From Phoronis australis (lineage: Eukaryota; Animalia; Phoronida): a stretch of 64,000 nucleotides of DNA. This document shows, in pieces, positions 1 through 12,900 of this stretch. Position numbers and translations under genes: made by a program. The stretch is taken from positions 942,233-1,006,232 of the forward strand of contig NMRA01000078.1 of the NCBI GenBank assembly GCA_002633005.1, given 5' to 3'. A model generated the notes under the pieces. It saw nothing but the letters and a program-made list of their open reading frames with translations, did not search any database and had not been told where the DNA came from. Position 1 is the first letter of the stretch, and every line of letters begins with the position of its first letter.

Positions 1-333
1 ACGATGTAAATCTGGCCTAATTAATATTGTTTTTAATTTTGACAATTTTAATTTTATTTGACTTTGTTCAACTCCTCAAAATGACGCCGTACTAAACAAG
101 CGAATTAATACAGCCTGGAGTTCTGGGGACCTCTGCTCTTCACAAGTACCTACAAGATGAGATGATCCACTCTACCCATAGTGGCCAGCTGTTGGTATGC
201 CAGTCTCACCAAATGTTTCTACGTGACCTTCATATGCTTGTTAGATATACTCAACTTACTAATTGTGATCTATACTAGGAATGTTTGGCAATTCTTAAGT
301 CTATATTTACCCTGTCCACATGGTTGATAAAAG

Positions 334-526
334 CAAGGCTTGGAATGACCAATGACAAAAAAGGAAAATTTTCCAGGTGATTTGTCGATCCACTAATAGA
401 TGTTTTTTATTTTGTGGAATTCAACTGAAATAAACGTTGAGTAAAGTAAATATGATAATCAAACAAGAGTAAATCGAAACCAAGAAAGAGGAAAATCGTT
501 TAAAAAGAGTAAAATTCCAAGCCCTG
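334..526. mobile_element. Short hAT-like MITE (TIR CA(A/G)GGCTTGGAAT); related decayed copies ~840-1060, 43343-43590, 45320-45535
   Basis: caaggcttggaat...attccaagccctg; flanks taaaag/taaaac (6-bp TSD with 1 mismatch); same termini as the element at 33462. Confidence 0.7.
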
Positions 527-2097
527 TAAAACCTTGGTCGTCTCGGTAATTTACCTATCGCAAGCTCCGCCCCCTTGCAAAAGTCGACAATAAGTTTTAC
601 CCCACCGGGTAAAATTTGCAGCTTGGAAACGAACAAGGTGCGTCAAGAATGCTGCATTCTGATTAGTCAGTTAAGCCATCACTCAAAATTCTGGTGATCG
701 GTCAATTACGTTTGTGACTCGCAAAGCAATTTTTTCTAAATGAAATTATCTGTGAACTCTCCTGATGCTTCTTCAATTTCTATAAATTTTTCTGGCCTGG
801 ACTTTTCTTGTCATTTTCCATGTTCTACCTGGTGATTGAGACAGGGATTATATTGATCAGTGTCAAAAAGGAGGAAAAATTTCCAGGTAATGTATCACAA
901 ACAGGCTTGTGTGACACAAATATTTCTTGTGTTGTAAAATTTAAATGAAATAAACATTTTTGCATGAATAAAGTCAAAAAAGGAAACGGGAAATCAAATA
1001 TGAGGAAATCAAAACCAAATAAGAGGAAATCCTCGTAGAAAAGGAAAAATCCAAGACCTGTGAGAACCAAGACATGTAAACCAATTTGTAATTGGCCCCT
1101 TGAGATACTTCACCTCCTAATTGCCCTTTCCAAACCAACTGAGTTTGCACGAGAAATGCGTTGGAATAAAACGCTTGATCTGATATGGCACTAAAACATC
1201 GACATGACCCTTTATCTATGAACAGATGTAGGCATGAGAAACTATGATTGCTTTAAAACTGATTAATTTATATACCGTAACCTGTGTAACCACCAAAACC
1301 ATGAAGATTCAAAGTAACTATAAGCACTCGAAATAATATAACTAGTTATTGCTTCCTCTTGGTGTCATGCTGCATGACTGACCACTATGGAATGGCGATA
1401 ACATAAAATGTAACATGGAATGGTTTGAACACTACAGGATATGTACAAAATCTTTAAGAGACAAAAAGTGCACTTCAGGAGGCACACAACGCTTAATGTA
1501 ATGTGCCCTAACTTATGCTGCCAAAAATTAGAAAAATTAATCAATTTGGGACAAAGAAATTGCTAAAATTGTCAATTTTCTAAGGCTTACTACAATGCTG
1601 CAAATGTTATATAATCAAATGTTCTTTTGTAACAGCTCAACCTATTAACAGAATTAGAAATATTTTCTTGAAATGATTTCTGATCAGAAGACCAAGAAAA
1701 TGAATTTCCACTTGACTGTCGTATTTTGTCCCAAATTGAACAATTTTACCAACTGATTTTAACTCTTAATGTATTAGCGCCTGGGAACTCAGCATGACAA
1801 ATAAACCTCCTTGATGGCTGATGACTGTAGTAGCATGATTGGCTGATCAAATGTGAGGATAAGAACAAATCAAACGTGTCGCATTGTCAGAGTGATTACT
1901 AGTTATCACAAATGATCAATAGAGTTGACAAAAAATCAGGTGTCCACATGCACTCATACAATATGAATTTACTAACTTCGCAGAAGTCTCAACATCAGGG
2001 TGTTTAAATTCACCTGGTGAAACTTTGAAAACAGTCCTACCAATAGAAGTGCACGCATTCTGGCAGTGCGGGACACTTGCCCATGTTCCTCATAAGT

Positions 2098-2214
2098 ACC
2101 ACCTAGTGGGACATATGCTCATTAGCACCACCTAGTGGGACATATGCTCATTAGCACCACCTAGTGGGACATATGCTCATTAGCACCACCTAGTGGGAAA
2201 TATGCTCATTAGCA
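2098..2214. repeat. Minisatellite, 4 x 29 bp (ACCACCTAGTGGGACATATGCTCATTAGC)
   Basis: Units start at 2098, 2127, 2156 and 2185. Confidence 0.95.
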
Positions 2215-3110
2215 TCCCCAATGCATATGGAGTCGTCCATTAGCTCAAGGCACTTACTACTTCAGACATTGCATTCAAACATTGATAGGAAAACAATAAC
2301 CAACATTACAATAAACATCTCGATATAAGAATACAAATTCATAACATTCTGAGAAAAAAATAACGATCACAGTAGAAGAATTGTCAAACATACAAAACAT
2401 TGTTCAATGAACCATTTGGTGGAAGAATCGCAACGGATAGGGATCTGAGTAAGAATAGAGTTTAACATGGAACTTAACAGACAAACAAAAAATTCCAACA
2501 GACAGAAACCAAAGGATTATACTTTGTAAACTATAGGTGGCGTTGATGGTACTTACAGTAAAATCTCACTAGTTTAGGGCACAATATGGCGGAGAGGTGA
2601 AATGCTAATTCTCATTATTTTTTTCATCAGGGTTAACTGATACATAACAAAATGGTGCTTTGCGATATTCAAGTTCTGTGCCGTAACTAAACAAAACTGA
2701 AGACATTTTAAAAAACCGTAGGCACTCACAAGAATGGTGAAATTTTGGCGATTATTTTTGTCTAAAATTGGTGAGATTTTATTGTAAGCATTGAAAGTAA
2801 TCCAACAAAATTACCCACAATTCCTTGCGACAGCAAATGGCTATCACTGTGATACTAGCCATCCATCTTGACCAGGAATTATGGGAACTAAACAAAAAGT
2901 TAATAAGGTCAATACACTATTTGGGATTTTGCCAAAGTTTCACGTCATTTCCAATGGAAGCGGAACTATCCGTTGTGATAAAGAAATGGAATTTTGCATA
3001 AATGTGTTGTCAGATGTGTTCAGCTCAACCTATACCTTTTAAAAAACTAGTTCTGTGCTTGACAGCGTTAAATTATCCCTGATGTGAGCATCCTCCACCA
3101 TACCCCCCCT

Positions 3111-3998
3111 TCATACGGGCTGCGTGGAGAGTGGGTTACTAACAAAGCTGCTGCTGTTCCACAGTGGAATGCCGTTAGTATACTGGTGGTCGACCGATGC
3201 CCGATTCAACACCTCTTGATCATAATTACGAATGAAAGAGACATCGCGATCAAACTGGTCTTGACTTAAGTCAGCATCTGAGTCATCATTGAATTTATCA
3301 TCTTCCCTGTTCTTCTTTTCTCGACTTTGTTGAAGCTTCTGATGCTGTACTGGCAACGCTACCTGAGTGTTGACTGATGTATCACAGTTTGAGCCTGGTT
3401 TGATATCATTATGTTGCACAACCTCGCTACTGTCCTCTGTCTCTGCCCTCACCTCTGTGTTTATGGAGTCAGCTGGACCCGGGTTAGCTTCTGGTTCCCT
3501 CTGAGGATGCTTCACATCAATTCTTTCCTGGAACCAGTTTGGATTGGATTCAAAGAACTCGGTAGCCTCCAGAATCGCTCTGTGCAGCTCTGCCCCTGAA
3601 TCACATAACATATATGTAGTCTCATCAACACTAACCATATTATCCCCTGTGCTATTGACTGGCTGTAGAAGCGTGAACAGTTTACCTACTTCCTTCATCA
3701 GTGAGAACTTAGGTGCTTGGTCCAGTTTGTGAGGAACGTCGCTCTCCGTACAATAGGGGAAATAAACAGCTGCAAACTGAACGCGACGTACAAACTCCTG
3801 ATGATTCACGATGTACCACATCCGCTGCGACACCATCTCAATGGAGCGCCGGAATATGTCCGCCATTCCTTGATCGTGTTTCAGACGATACTTCTGGCGG
3901 TGCCGTGAACACTTGAATCGAGCCCCGGCCGAGCAGACGACAATTACAATGTCGGCAGATTCCAATTCCTGCCCCACCCATTCATGAGAGCCTCTTTC
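3111..3998 (-). CDS. IL17RD: IL17R last coding exon: SEFIR C-terminal part, SEFEX extension and acidic low-complexity tail
   Basis: The 288-aa ORF extends to acceptor ttttgtag|GAA at 3998 (phase 0). Reads ERGSHEWVGQELESADIVIVVCSAG...FAAVYFPYCTESDVP...NPNWFQE; stop TGA at 3111-3113. Confidence 0.93.
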   Translation of the reverse strand, partial: ERGSHEWVGQELESADIVIVVCSAGARFKCSRHRQKYRLKHDQGMADIFRRSIEMVSQRMWYIVNHQEFVRRVQFAAVYFPYCTESDVPHKLDQAPKFSLMKEVGKLFTLLQPVNSTGDNMVSVDETTYMLCDSGAELHRAILEATEFFESNPNWFQERIDVKHPQREPEANPGPADSINTEVRAETEDSSEVVQHNDIKPGSNCDTSVNTQVALPVQHQKLQQSREKKNREDDKFNDDSDADLSQDQFDRDVSFIRNYDQEVLNRASVDHQYTNGIPLWNSSSFVSNPLSTQPV

Positions 3999-6918
3999 CT
4001 ACAAAATGTGGGCAAAGAACATGAAAAATTGAAAAATACGACAGCTGTACAACCACGACTCCCAGTTACATTTCATTTTCATATTCCAGGTCAAGTTTTC
4101 AAACATAAAATTTTTGCTTCTCCCAAAAAAAGCAGACGCATAAATTTTTAGACTGATTGTTGCCAAGTACAATTGAAGGGATGGGTACTAGGTGAATGTA
4201 TCGTGTCCGCATTTTGAGAACCAGTTTTCTCCACTGAATAACGAACATCAAACTGGTTCTCGAAATGTGGGCACATTATATCCGACTATACTGAAGTTAG
4301 GGAGGACAACGTTTTTAAAATTTTTTTTACAATACCCATGTGTCATACATTTTTGAAAAGCCCTTGGTGTGAGAAATGAAATGGTGCAAAAATCAGAAAA
4401 ATTGGATGAGCGGTTGACGAGAAAAGGGCCGTTGAAGTGCGACGATTATGCGCAAAATATCTGCCTTTTTACATAATTTCGTAAAAAATAAAAGAATACA
4501 CATGTGCTGCATATAAAAAGATTCGTCTCATTGAGACAAACATGGTGGTGTGTATTATATAAAATTTGGATCGATTTCTACAGAGATATTGCTGTTTAAG
4601 GGTGTTGTTATAGCATATAGAACAGGCTCATCGTGTTTGATGAAAACAATGGATTACACAGCTTAAAAAGTAAAGAGCAAAGACACCACATCAGCTCAGA
4701 AATAAATACATCTGAGCTAGGAGGAAATTTCACATCAAATCACAAGATCACATTGGTGGATTTGGGGGGGCAAGGGGGCCTAGCTGACCCGTGGCCCTCC
4801 TAAAACTTCATTTGGCAGTTTGAGGATGCAAATATCTTACGGGTAAAATCCTGCATAATATTCTGCCCTGCCCCCCCTCCTATCTAAAAATCCTAGATCT
4901 GCCCCTGAATACTACTACATGGGCAACACATCATTGCCTGACAGTGACAGGGGGTTGGGGGAGGCTATAGCTCCCCCACTTCAGTGCTGGATGCTACCCA
5001 TGTACTATTAGATCGTATCATGGCAAAAAACATCAAAAAGTAGACAAAAGACCATTTGGGAAAACAAATCACTCTTAACATGAAGGATTTCATCATTTAC
5101 GCAACAAAAACTTTGTAACAACTTTATTTCGAACGGTGAAGTTGCTATGCCATTGAACTTCAACGTAGCCGCTGGTGGCGCTGACATGCGGCGACTTAGT
5201 GAACTAACGACTGCTGTTTGAAAAGTGCCAATGCGCAGCAGTTTGACAGAATTTCTGAAAATGAAATAATTACCAATTAAAAGAGTGATAAATTCCTCAT
5301 CTAAAAATCGGGGGGGCATATTGCGCAACTGGAAAAACATCAATCTCCCGATCGACCAAAATTAGGCCTTCCGGACGATCGAAAACTCGCCATGAAAACT
5401 TGGCCTTGACTTCGAGAAAACAACTTGAGGAGATGCGCACGCATCTAAACTACATCCTGTCCAAATTTCATGTTTGTATTTGAGAGTATAGTGCTCTTTT
5501 GGATAGGAGGAACAAGAGGTACTTTTTCGAAAGTTGATCGCATGGCGGAAAATCGTGCGCTAAAAAAAGCTTACAAAAAATGATTTATCAGCGATAATTT
5601 GAGACAAAAAGATTACAAACTTACAAATAAAGACTAAGGTAACGATTTATAACACAAAATTGTCTTATAGTTAACTTTGAAGTCTGAAATAGGGTAATTT
5701 ACCGACGTGGGTTTTACACGGAGGCAGATATGGAGCACCGTGACCTACTTTTTGATTGTCCTCCCTACTGAAGCGTGTTGTCTGCATAGCTAATGACTTC
5801 CAGTTGGACATAAAAAAATGCTGAAACATGTCTCTAAAAACCTGGCACTTTCCTTCTAAGTAAAGAAACGGGAACATTTTCATTATCTCGTTAAAAGTTT
5901 TTACAGTTGACCCTCGCTACAACGTACATATTTAGAGCATGACAATGTAATAATGCCCATAGCACAACTTTACCTAATGCGTGTGAGTGCATCCTAGTTG
6001 CAGTGAATTATCATCATAACGTACAGTTTGATGATTTATCATCATAACGTAGAGTTTGATGATTTATCATCATAACGTAGAGTTTGATGATTTATCATCA
6101 TAACGTAGAGTTTGATGATTTATCATCATAACGTAGAGTTTGATGAATTATCATCATAACGTACAGTTTGATGATTTATCATCATAACGTAGAGTTTGAT
6201 GAATTATCATCATAACGTAGAGTTTGATGATTTATCATCATAACGTAGAGTTTGATGATTGTTGTGATGAGGTTAGACAGTATAAGACTGTCATCTTTCG
6301 AAAACTAATTACAGCATTTAATTTAGACGACTTACAGTAAAAAGATAGCGTGAAGACACTGGTTCCTACTTGTTCTTTACTCAATTTGAAATTAAATGCA
6401 ATTTTGTTATTAGATAAAACTACGTAACAGTTTGTTACAGCTGAAGACTATGTCTTCGTCATGATTAGTCATTATACGCGTCAAGCATAATTTCATAGTT
6501 ACACTATCGGGATTTTCCCAACCACTTATCAAATCAGTTAAGGCTACGTTTAACTCTATTTCACAAAAATACCAATAAAACATAGGCGCTAAGTATTTGG
6601 ATTTAGGGCATTTTTATCGAAGTTTTAATACAGAAAATTTGGTGAATGTTGGACTTTTTCCGTATCAATGTACCCTTCAAAAACAATGTTTTTGTCAAAA
6701 ATCCAAGCTCATGTGACTAAGAGAACGGTACAATGTTGTGAATGACATGATGTGTCGATTCCTAGTTTCAGAAAAACATATTATTTATTGTTAAGTTTTC
6801 AATCTAATTGTACATAGCTGTCTGTATTTTACTTCATGTAATTATTTCCGACTGGGCCCACTTGAAAATCAGTGTATTCACTGAAGTGGTCACCCAGTCT
6901 CTTACAAAAGTTTAAATA

Positions 6919-6958
<40 letters not shown>

Positions 6959-9900
6959 TAATACTAATAATACACTTTTTTGAATTGGCAGTTGCTAGTT
7001 ACTTAGGAATTTCAAGAAGACAATAAAAAACTAATTAAGGGTACACCTAACCATAAGAACCAGTTTCGACCAGTTTCATACCGTGGTAACAGGTGTAAAT
7101 CGAAAATACAGTTTAATGAAAGAAAGCAGCTTTTACTTGATAAAACTGAAAACCACATGCAGTGCTTTGCAACAGCACATTGTTGTTGTTGTTTTTAAGT
7201 AAAATAATGCAATTTTGGGAATACTGTTCAATGGGAGACTTTCTGAGCATATTAGTCTCGGCAAGATCTGTAAGACAATAAAATCCATCGACTTGTTTTG
7301 GTTATTCTACCACAAATCACCATATCATCATTGCCAGACATTTGCCGAAGTCGAGGACAGTGACTTTTACCAGTTAAGTACACTTAAAATGCTCTGCCAC
7401 ATACCGAGTGACATTCAGCTCTGTCAGCAGAGCGTATGGCTGAGACGCAAGAGATTCACGTTTGATTCAGCCTGAGACTGATTTCGAAATAAGATTTTTC
7501 CTCGCCAATAATGTTACTTTTAACAACACAACACATAGTTCTCACAGTATTTCCCCTTTAACATAACTACAGACAACCTTCCAATGGGTGCCTCATTAGA
7601 CTTACCTGAACCTCCGTCTGGTGCCAGATATCCAGACGTACGTTGCAATTTAACACCTCCTTGAGGTAGAGAGCAAATGCTTGCACTACTTTCCAATGCG
7701 AAGGACAGTCGTAGGAATACAGGAGTAGGAGCCGCGGAACTTGTCGGAACTCTGTTAAATCAAGGATCCGAGTATGAATTTATCATTGAAGAAAACAGAG
7801 AAAATAAAAATCCAGGGATTCGCTTCACGAAGTCAGAAATTTGGTCTCACACTTCACGAAATTATTTCAGACAAATAATTAAATCTGACTCGAGCAAAAA
7901 TGCAAAGTCCATAAAAGAATACACATATCTGCTAAACAATGATGTATTCTAAATTCCTAAAAATTATTTCAACAGGATGATGCTCTCATAATTATTAGAC
8001 TAAACCTTTTCTCAGCAACTGTGAAATGGGGGCGTAAGACCCAATATCTGTCTTAAAATCTTAAATCATTTTTCATAAAACAGACCCAGATCACCAAATG
8101 TGACCCAAATACTGCCATATTTAGGAGGCAAAAATGAAAACCCAGCTAGACCTTTTCAGTCATAACACCAGTCTCACAATAATTCTTACATTAACAAGTA
8201 TCCCTGTGTTACCAACTCAAGTTGCAGGCTATACATGTATCCTTTTCCAATTCACAGTTTTTGGGTTGGTTAATACACTCAACTGTTTTGTTGAGACCCT
8301 GATGGCTTTGTGGATGTAGAATGGTAAGAAAAATCATACGACTGATTTTATGAGCAGAACAAAATGCAGGTAAAATTATTTCAAAATCTTAAAAATTACT
8401 TTTAGGTAATTAGTTCCACAAAGTTAGTACCATTTTCGTTGTTTGCAATCACTAGACTCGCAAACAGTGAACAGTCAGCAAAAGGCACTTTAGCTAAATG
8501 GCAAATAAATGTCTTCTAAGCTGCTTTTACATGAGAGACAGTTGTCACTGTGTCAGTTGTTGGTAATGGTCTGATATAGCTTGCCTGAAGTTTGAGAACC
8601 AGTTTTCTCCACTAAATAACAGGCATCAAACTGGTTCTCAAAGTACGGGCACGTTATATCAGATCATTGCCTCAGTTGTCACGGGGCGACTTGCTCCACT
8701 TCAGTCGCATTTACACGACATTAAATCGCAAACTAGAGTCACTTACACCAAAATGTCTACACAAGCTTGCATAAACAATAGCGAATGTCCAAACCACATG
8801 AAATGCCAGCTGATCACCCAAAAATACACAATTGCACAAGCGCATTGAAAAATGATCCCTTTCCCCCTGTCCCAGTTGTGTTTAGTGGTGCAGTTGAAAC
8901 TGGAGCAACTGATCCAGTGTAACTCGCTCTAACTATCAAACTGGTGTCAAAAACTGGCCGCCGCGGTGTCACTTGCTCCGTGTCAGTTGTGTTTACACAC
9001 ACATTTGCACCCGATCATCTCTTCCGTGTTAGCTGCGCCGGGTCAGCTGTCTCTCGTGTAAATGCAGCTATAGACAGATAGCGTGACTTAGTACCCACCA
9101 AAACTTGTCGCATCGTGTTGTCCGTTTTGAAATCTCCTCATCTGGAAACCACCTTGAGAAATGGAAAATGAAAATTTATTTAAATTTTTTGGTCAAATTG
9201 CAATCAAACTTTGAAATTTTAATTTACAAAAACAGACAAAAAAATACCATGGAGAAAGTTAACTTAACAAGTGATTTTTTAGAAACCACACTTAATGTTT
9301 AAGCGAGCTGTGGAAAAAACATCACTGGAATCAGCCATGTATCAAATAAACAGTTTCTCTTACTTTCGCCCAATCGTGCACAGTTTCAATAAGATTCATT
9401 AAGATTCCAAAGTAAGCAACAGACAATTGCCGACCTGACCATACGAGACAACCCGGTGCGCCCTCTGTGGAGCAAGTTAAGGACAAAATGCACCATCCAG
9501 TAAATAACTGAATGGAGCAGATAATATTTTCGCACACCGAACAAAATGTTCCACAACAGCATGCATCTGTTCACTGACAAGAGATAATAACTGGACACAA
9601 ACCAGCACCACAATGTTTCTTATTGCAGTGCAACATGGCAGTTCGACAGACAGTTGGGCCAGAGAAACATGTTTGGTGTTCATCTACGCCATGTACAGAG
9701 GACATATCCCAAACATAAGTTCTGTACGCAGCCATTACCACAGATTACTGAGCTTAACACCAGGGTCTGCAGCCTAATATTTCTACTCGAAATCGACCTC
9801 AAAATTATGTTTGGTATTTTCTTGTCTACCTTTGTGCTCATTGAATATAGGGGTTTACTATTCTGTGCTTGCGTACTTATGCAAATGAGTTTCGAGACCT

Positions 9901-12900
9901 CTAGATATGAGCTAAAAACTTGTGTAAAAATTCAAGATTTCTAGTAAAACCTTAAAGATGTATTTCCATGCTCCTAACTATGCTAATATATAGCAGGAAC
10001 TAAACAACAAAATGGTTATTTTAGCACAATCTGCAAAACAAAGCACAGTCGCATTCATTGGCACCTTGCAAATGTAAATTTTGCAAGTAGGTGACCTTTG
10101 CACTAATGACGTACCTTGGGGGCTCACTACGTCGCGATACTAGTTAGACACAGTGCAGGGATTTGCGGCGATCATCTTCACCACGAAACTCGTTCTTATC
10201 ATATTCACATCGTCACTATATGTTGCGTTTCTAACCAATTTTGCCAAGCAATCACAGCAATGAGGAATTTGCGTGCATGTTCCACCTTCATGATGAGGGC
10301 ATTAAGTGCACACTACGATTAGACAATTCCCCAGATGAGCCAATATGTACTTGAGCATAGAAAAGAGACACTTATCTTTAGTTCACACAAAAGTAGAATT
10401 GAAAATGGTAAAAATAATTTTGAGTTCAAACTCAAGTCAAAAGACTAAACCCCGGGGCCCTGGGATACTTTCAGTAAAAGTTAATTTCCGTCTTTCATGT
10501 TCGTCTAGCTGGACATCTCTACACATTTCCAGCAAAGCACAATATTTCACTAGTTTTTACTCACGAGTACAGTAGTTTGCATAAAAATTTGACCAAGTTT
10601 TGATGCACAAAATTTTGACCAAGTTTTGATGCACAAAATTTTGGTTACTTTTCAAATGAGTCAAAGTTATTTTTCATCGCTATGACTACAACAAAGCTAG
10701 ACAAATTTCGACAAAATTCCTCAAGTTTTGGAAAATCATTGAACCAGGTATAACTGTACACACTCCAGCACTCACCCTGATATTTGTACTTCCTCCGGCA
10801 GTAACACGCCACCGAGATGACCACAACCGCCACCATCAGGAACACACCTCCGACGATGCCAATAATGAGCTGGACCACATTTGGAGCCACTGTGCTTGGT
10901 AGAGTGGTTGTCACTGGTCCAATAGAATCTGTGCAGAAATAGTACGTGATAAGCAATCCCTCAAACACCGAAGCCATATTGTTTGCACAACACACGGACG
11001 TACATTCAGTAACATGACTATTATGCTGGGACATGTACATGTTTCAATGGCAAGTGCAAGGTCGGTTTTGATTTTGCAGTGTCTGTGGTAGAGCATACTA
11101 AATGAGCACGTTGCACTATACGGGAACTCGTTATATCTTTAAGTTAGAAACTTCCCCACCGAACACTCACTGCAGTACGACTTTAAGATGTTTTGCAACG
11201 AATCTGAACTACGGAACAAGATGATAAATTGCGAGAAATAATCACTAGATATAGGCGACGAAGTATAGATTACTCTGACATATGACAACAAAGGGAATTA
11301 TGGATGAGAGGAACTGCGATTGGTTACGTCTCGCCTGCTCCATCTCCCAGAGGATAATGTAACAAAGGTAGAATTGTTCGTGTAGCTGTGATTTAATTGG
11401 TCACACCACTGGAGTTGGGGAGACCACGGCATAGGAAAGGTATGTTTTCCTTTTATTTAACACTTTCATTGGCCATAGAATTACATGGCCATAGAATTAC
11501 ATGCACATGAAATTTGACAAATATTTCTAATATAGGAACACTTTGATACGTTCTAGAGATAATTTCCTTACATTTCAGACATTTAATGAAACCACATTTC
11601 TTGCCGTTTATGTCTGTCCGAAAAATATAATCGGATCTACGACATTTATCATGAAAATCGTTCTCGATGTTGTCCTTAGTACCTTCTGACGGCACGTCAA
11701 ATTTCCGAGAACTTGTCATAGGACACTTGCTGAGGGTACAGTTGTTGCTGATGGCGTTGATGGTTACGTGATACTCGCCACTTTCTAGGTCCAGTCTGGT
11801 GTAGCTGTTGGTGTCCTGAAAAGAGAAGAGTATGAGAGTTCACTCGCACTTAGCCGGCATACAGCAATCTAAATGGAATACGCTAATTGTAATACAATGA
11901 TGCATACAAAGCAGGGCCCTCGTTCATCTAAGGGGAAAGGAAACTGCCATCTGAGCGGGAAATATTTTCAGGAGAGTGGGAAATTCTACCTCCTGATCAC
12001 CCCCCTCCCTGTTACAAGTTCTCATAGGCTCTGCTGTGCCCTTTCAAATTCGTCACCTGTGTGGGTTACAAGTGATTTGAGCCTCGAGGGAAATTTTTCA
12101 ATCGCTTGAGATGACGTTTTGGGCCTCTTGAGGGAAATTTTGGGTAATTTTCAATATTTTTCAGAGAGGAATAGGGCCGGTATTCAGCCAAAAAATCGAG
12201 GGATTCAGGGCCCTTCAGGGAGTTCACTCACATTTAGCAGATGAACGACAACCTAAATGGAAGGCACCACTTGTAAGACATTACCAAGATATGGTGAATC
12301 TCTCAGGTTTAGAACATAAAATGGAGAAAAACATTTATTTCCTCATAAGTCACATGAGAAATGAAGATTAAAAACTGACGCTTACCGTAAATGCACATAT
12401 TTTGGCCCGCCTTATTTGCCACAAACTTTAATAATTTATTCTCAAGCAGATTGCACAAACACAACAGGTTTCCATTTACACAAAGCTCACATTTTCTCTT
12501 CACTCACGTGATCTAACTCTTGAACGATAGGCTCCACACTGATACTGTTCCAAATCCTCAGCTGATAACGTTTGACCTTGAACCTGCCCGGAGCTCGTTG
12601 AAAGAGAACCTTCAAGTTGGACTGCATGACAGACACTGACAGAACAGATCTCCAATCTTCTAATGTGGCGGGATCTGCAACAAACAATCCATCAATTGAC
12701 CTATCACCAGGGTTTTGAGTGATGGCTTAACTGACTAATCAGAGCGCAGCATTCTTGACACACCTTCATTTCCAAGTCTCCAGTTTACCCGACAAACGCC
12801 ACGTTGTTGGGTAAAACTTATTGCTTGTTTGTCGACTTTTCGTACGGGGGCGGAGCTTGCGATAGGTCAATCAGCTGGCAGTTTGTCATGTTTATTAACC

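Noticed and set aside
4300-5920. Possible ~1.6-kb DNA transposon with nested inserts in the last IL17R intron
   Set aside because: Only a loose terminal match (agggaggacaac versus agcgagggtcaac) and no TSD, so boundaries cannot be supported.
6004-6260. 28-bp repeats (also the 29-bp repeats at 2098) as a CRISPR array
   Set aside because: Units are contiguous with no unique spacers; there are no cas genes and the context is eukaryotic.
9435-9464. 30-nt symmetric IL17R micro-exon (EGAPGCLVWS)
   Set aside because: The acceptor is plausible but the donor GTCGGC is weak, and the exon is not needed for frame; unsupported without RNA data.
10115-10230. Minus-strand exon candidate ending AAG|gtacgt
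   Set aside because: Stop codons occur in all three frames.
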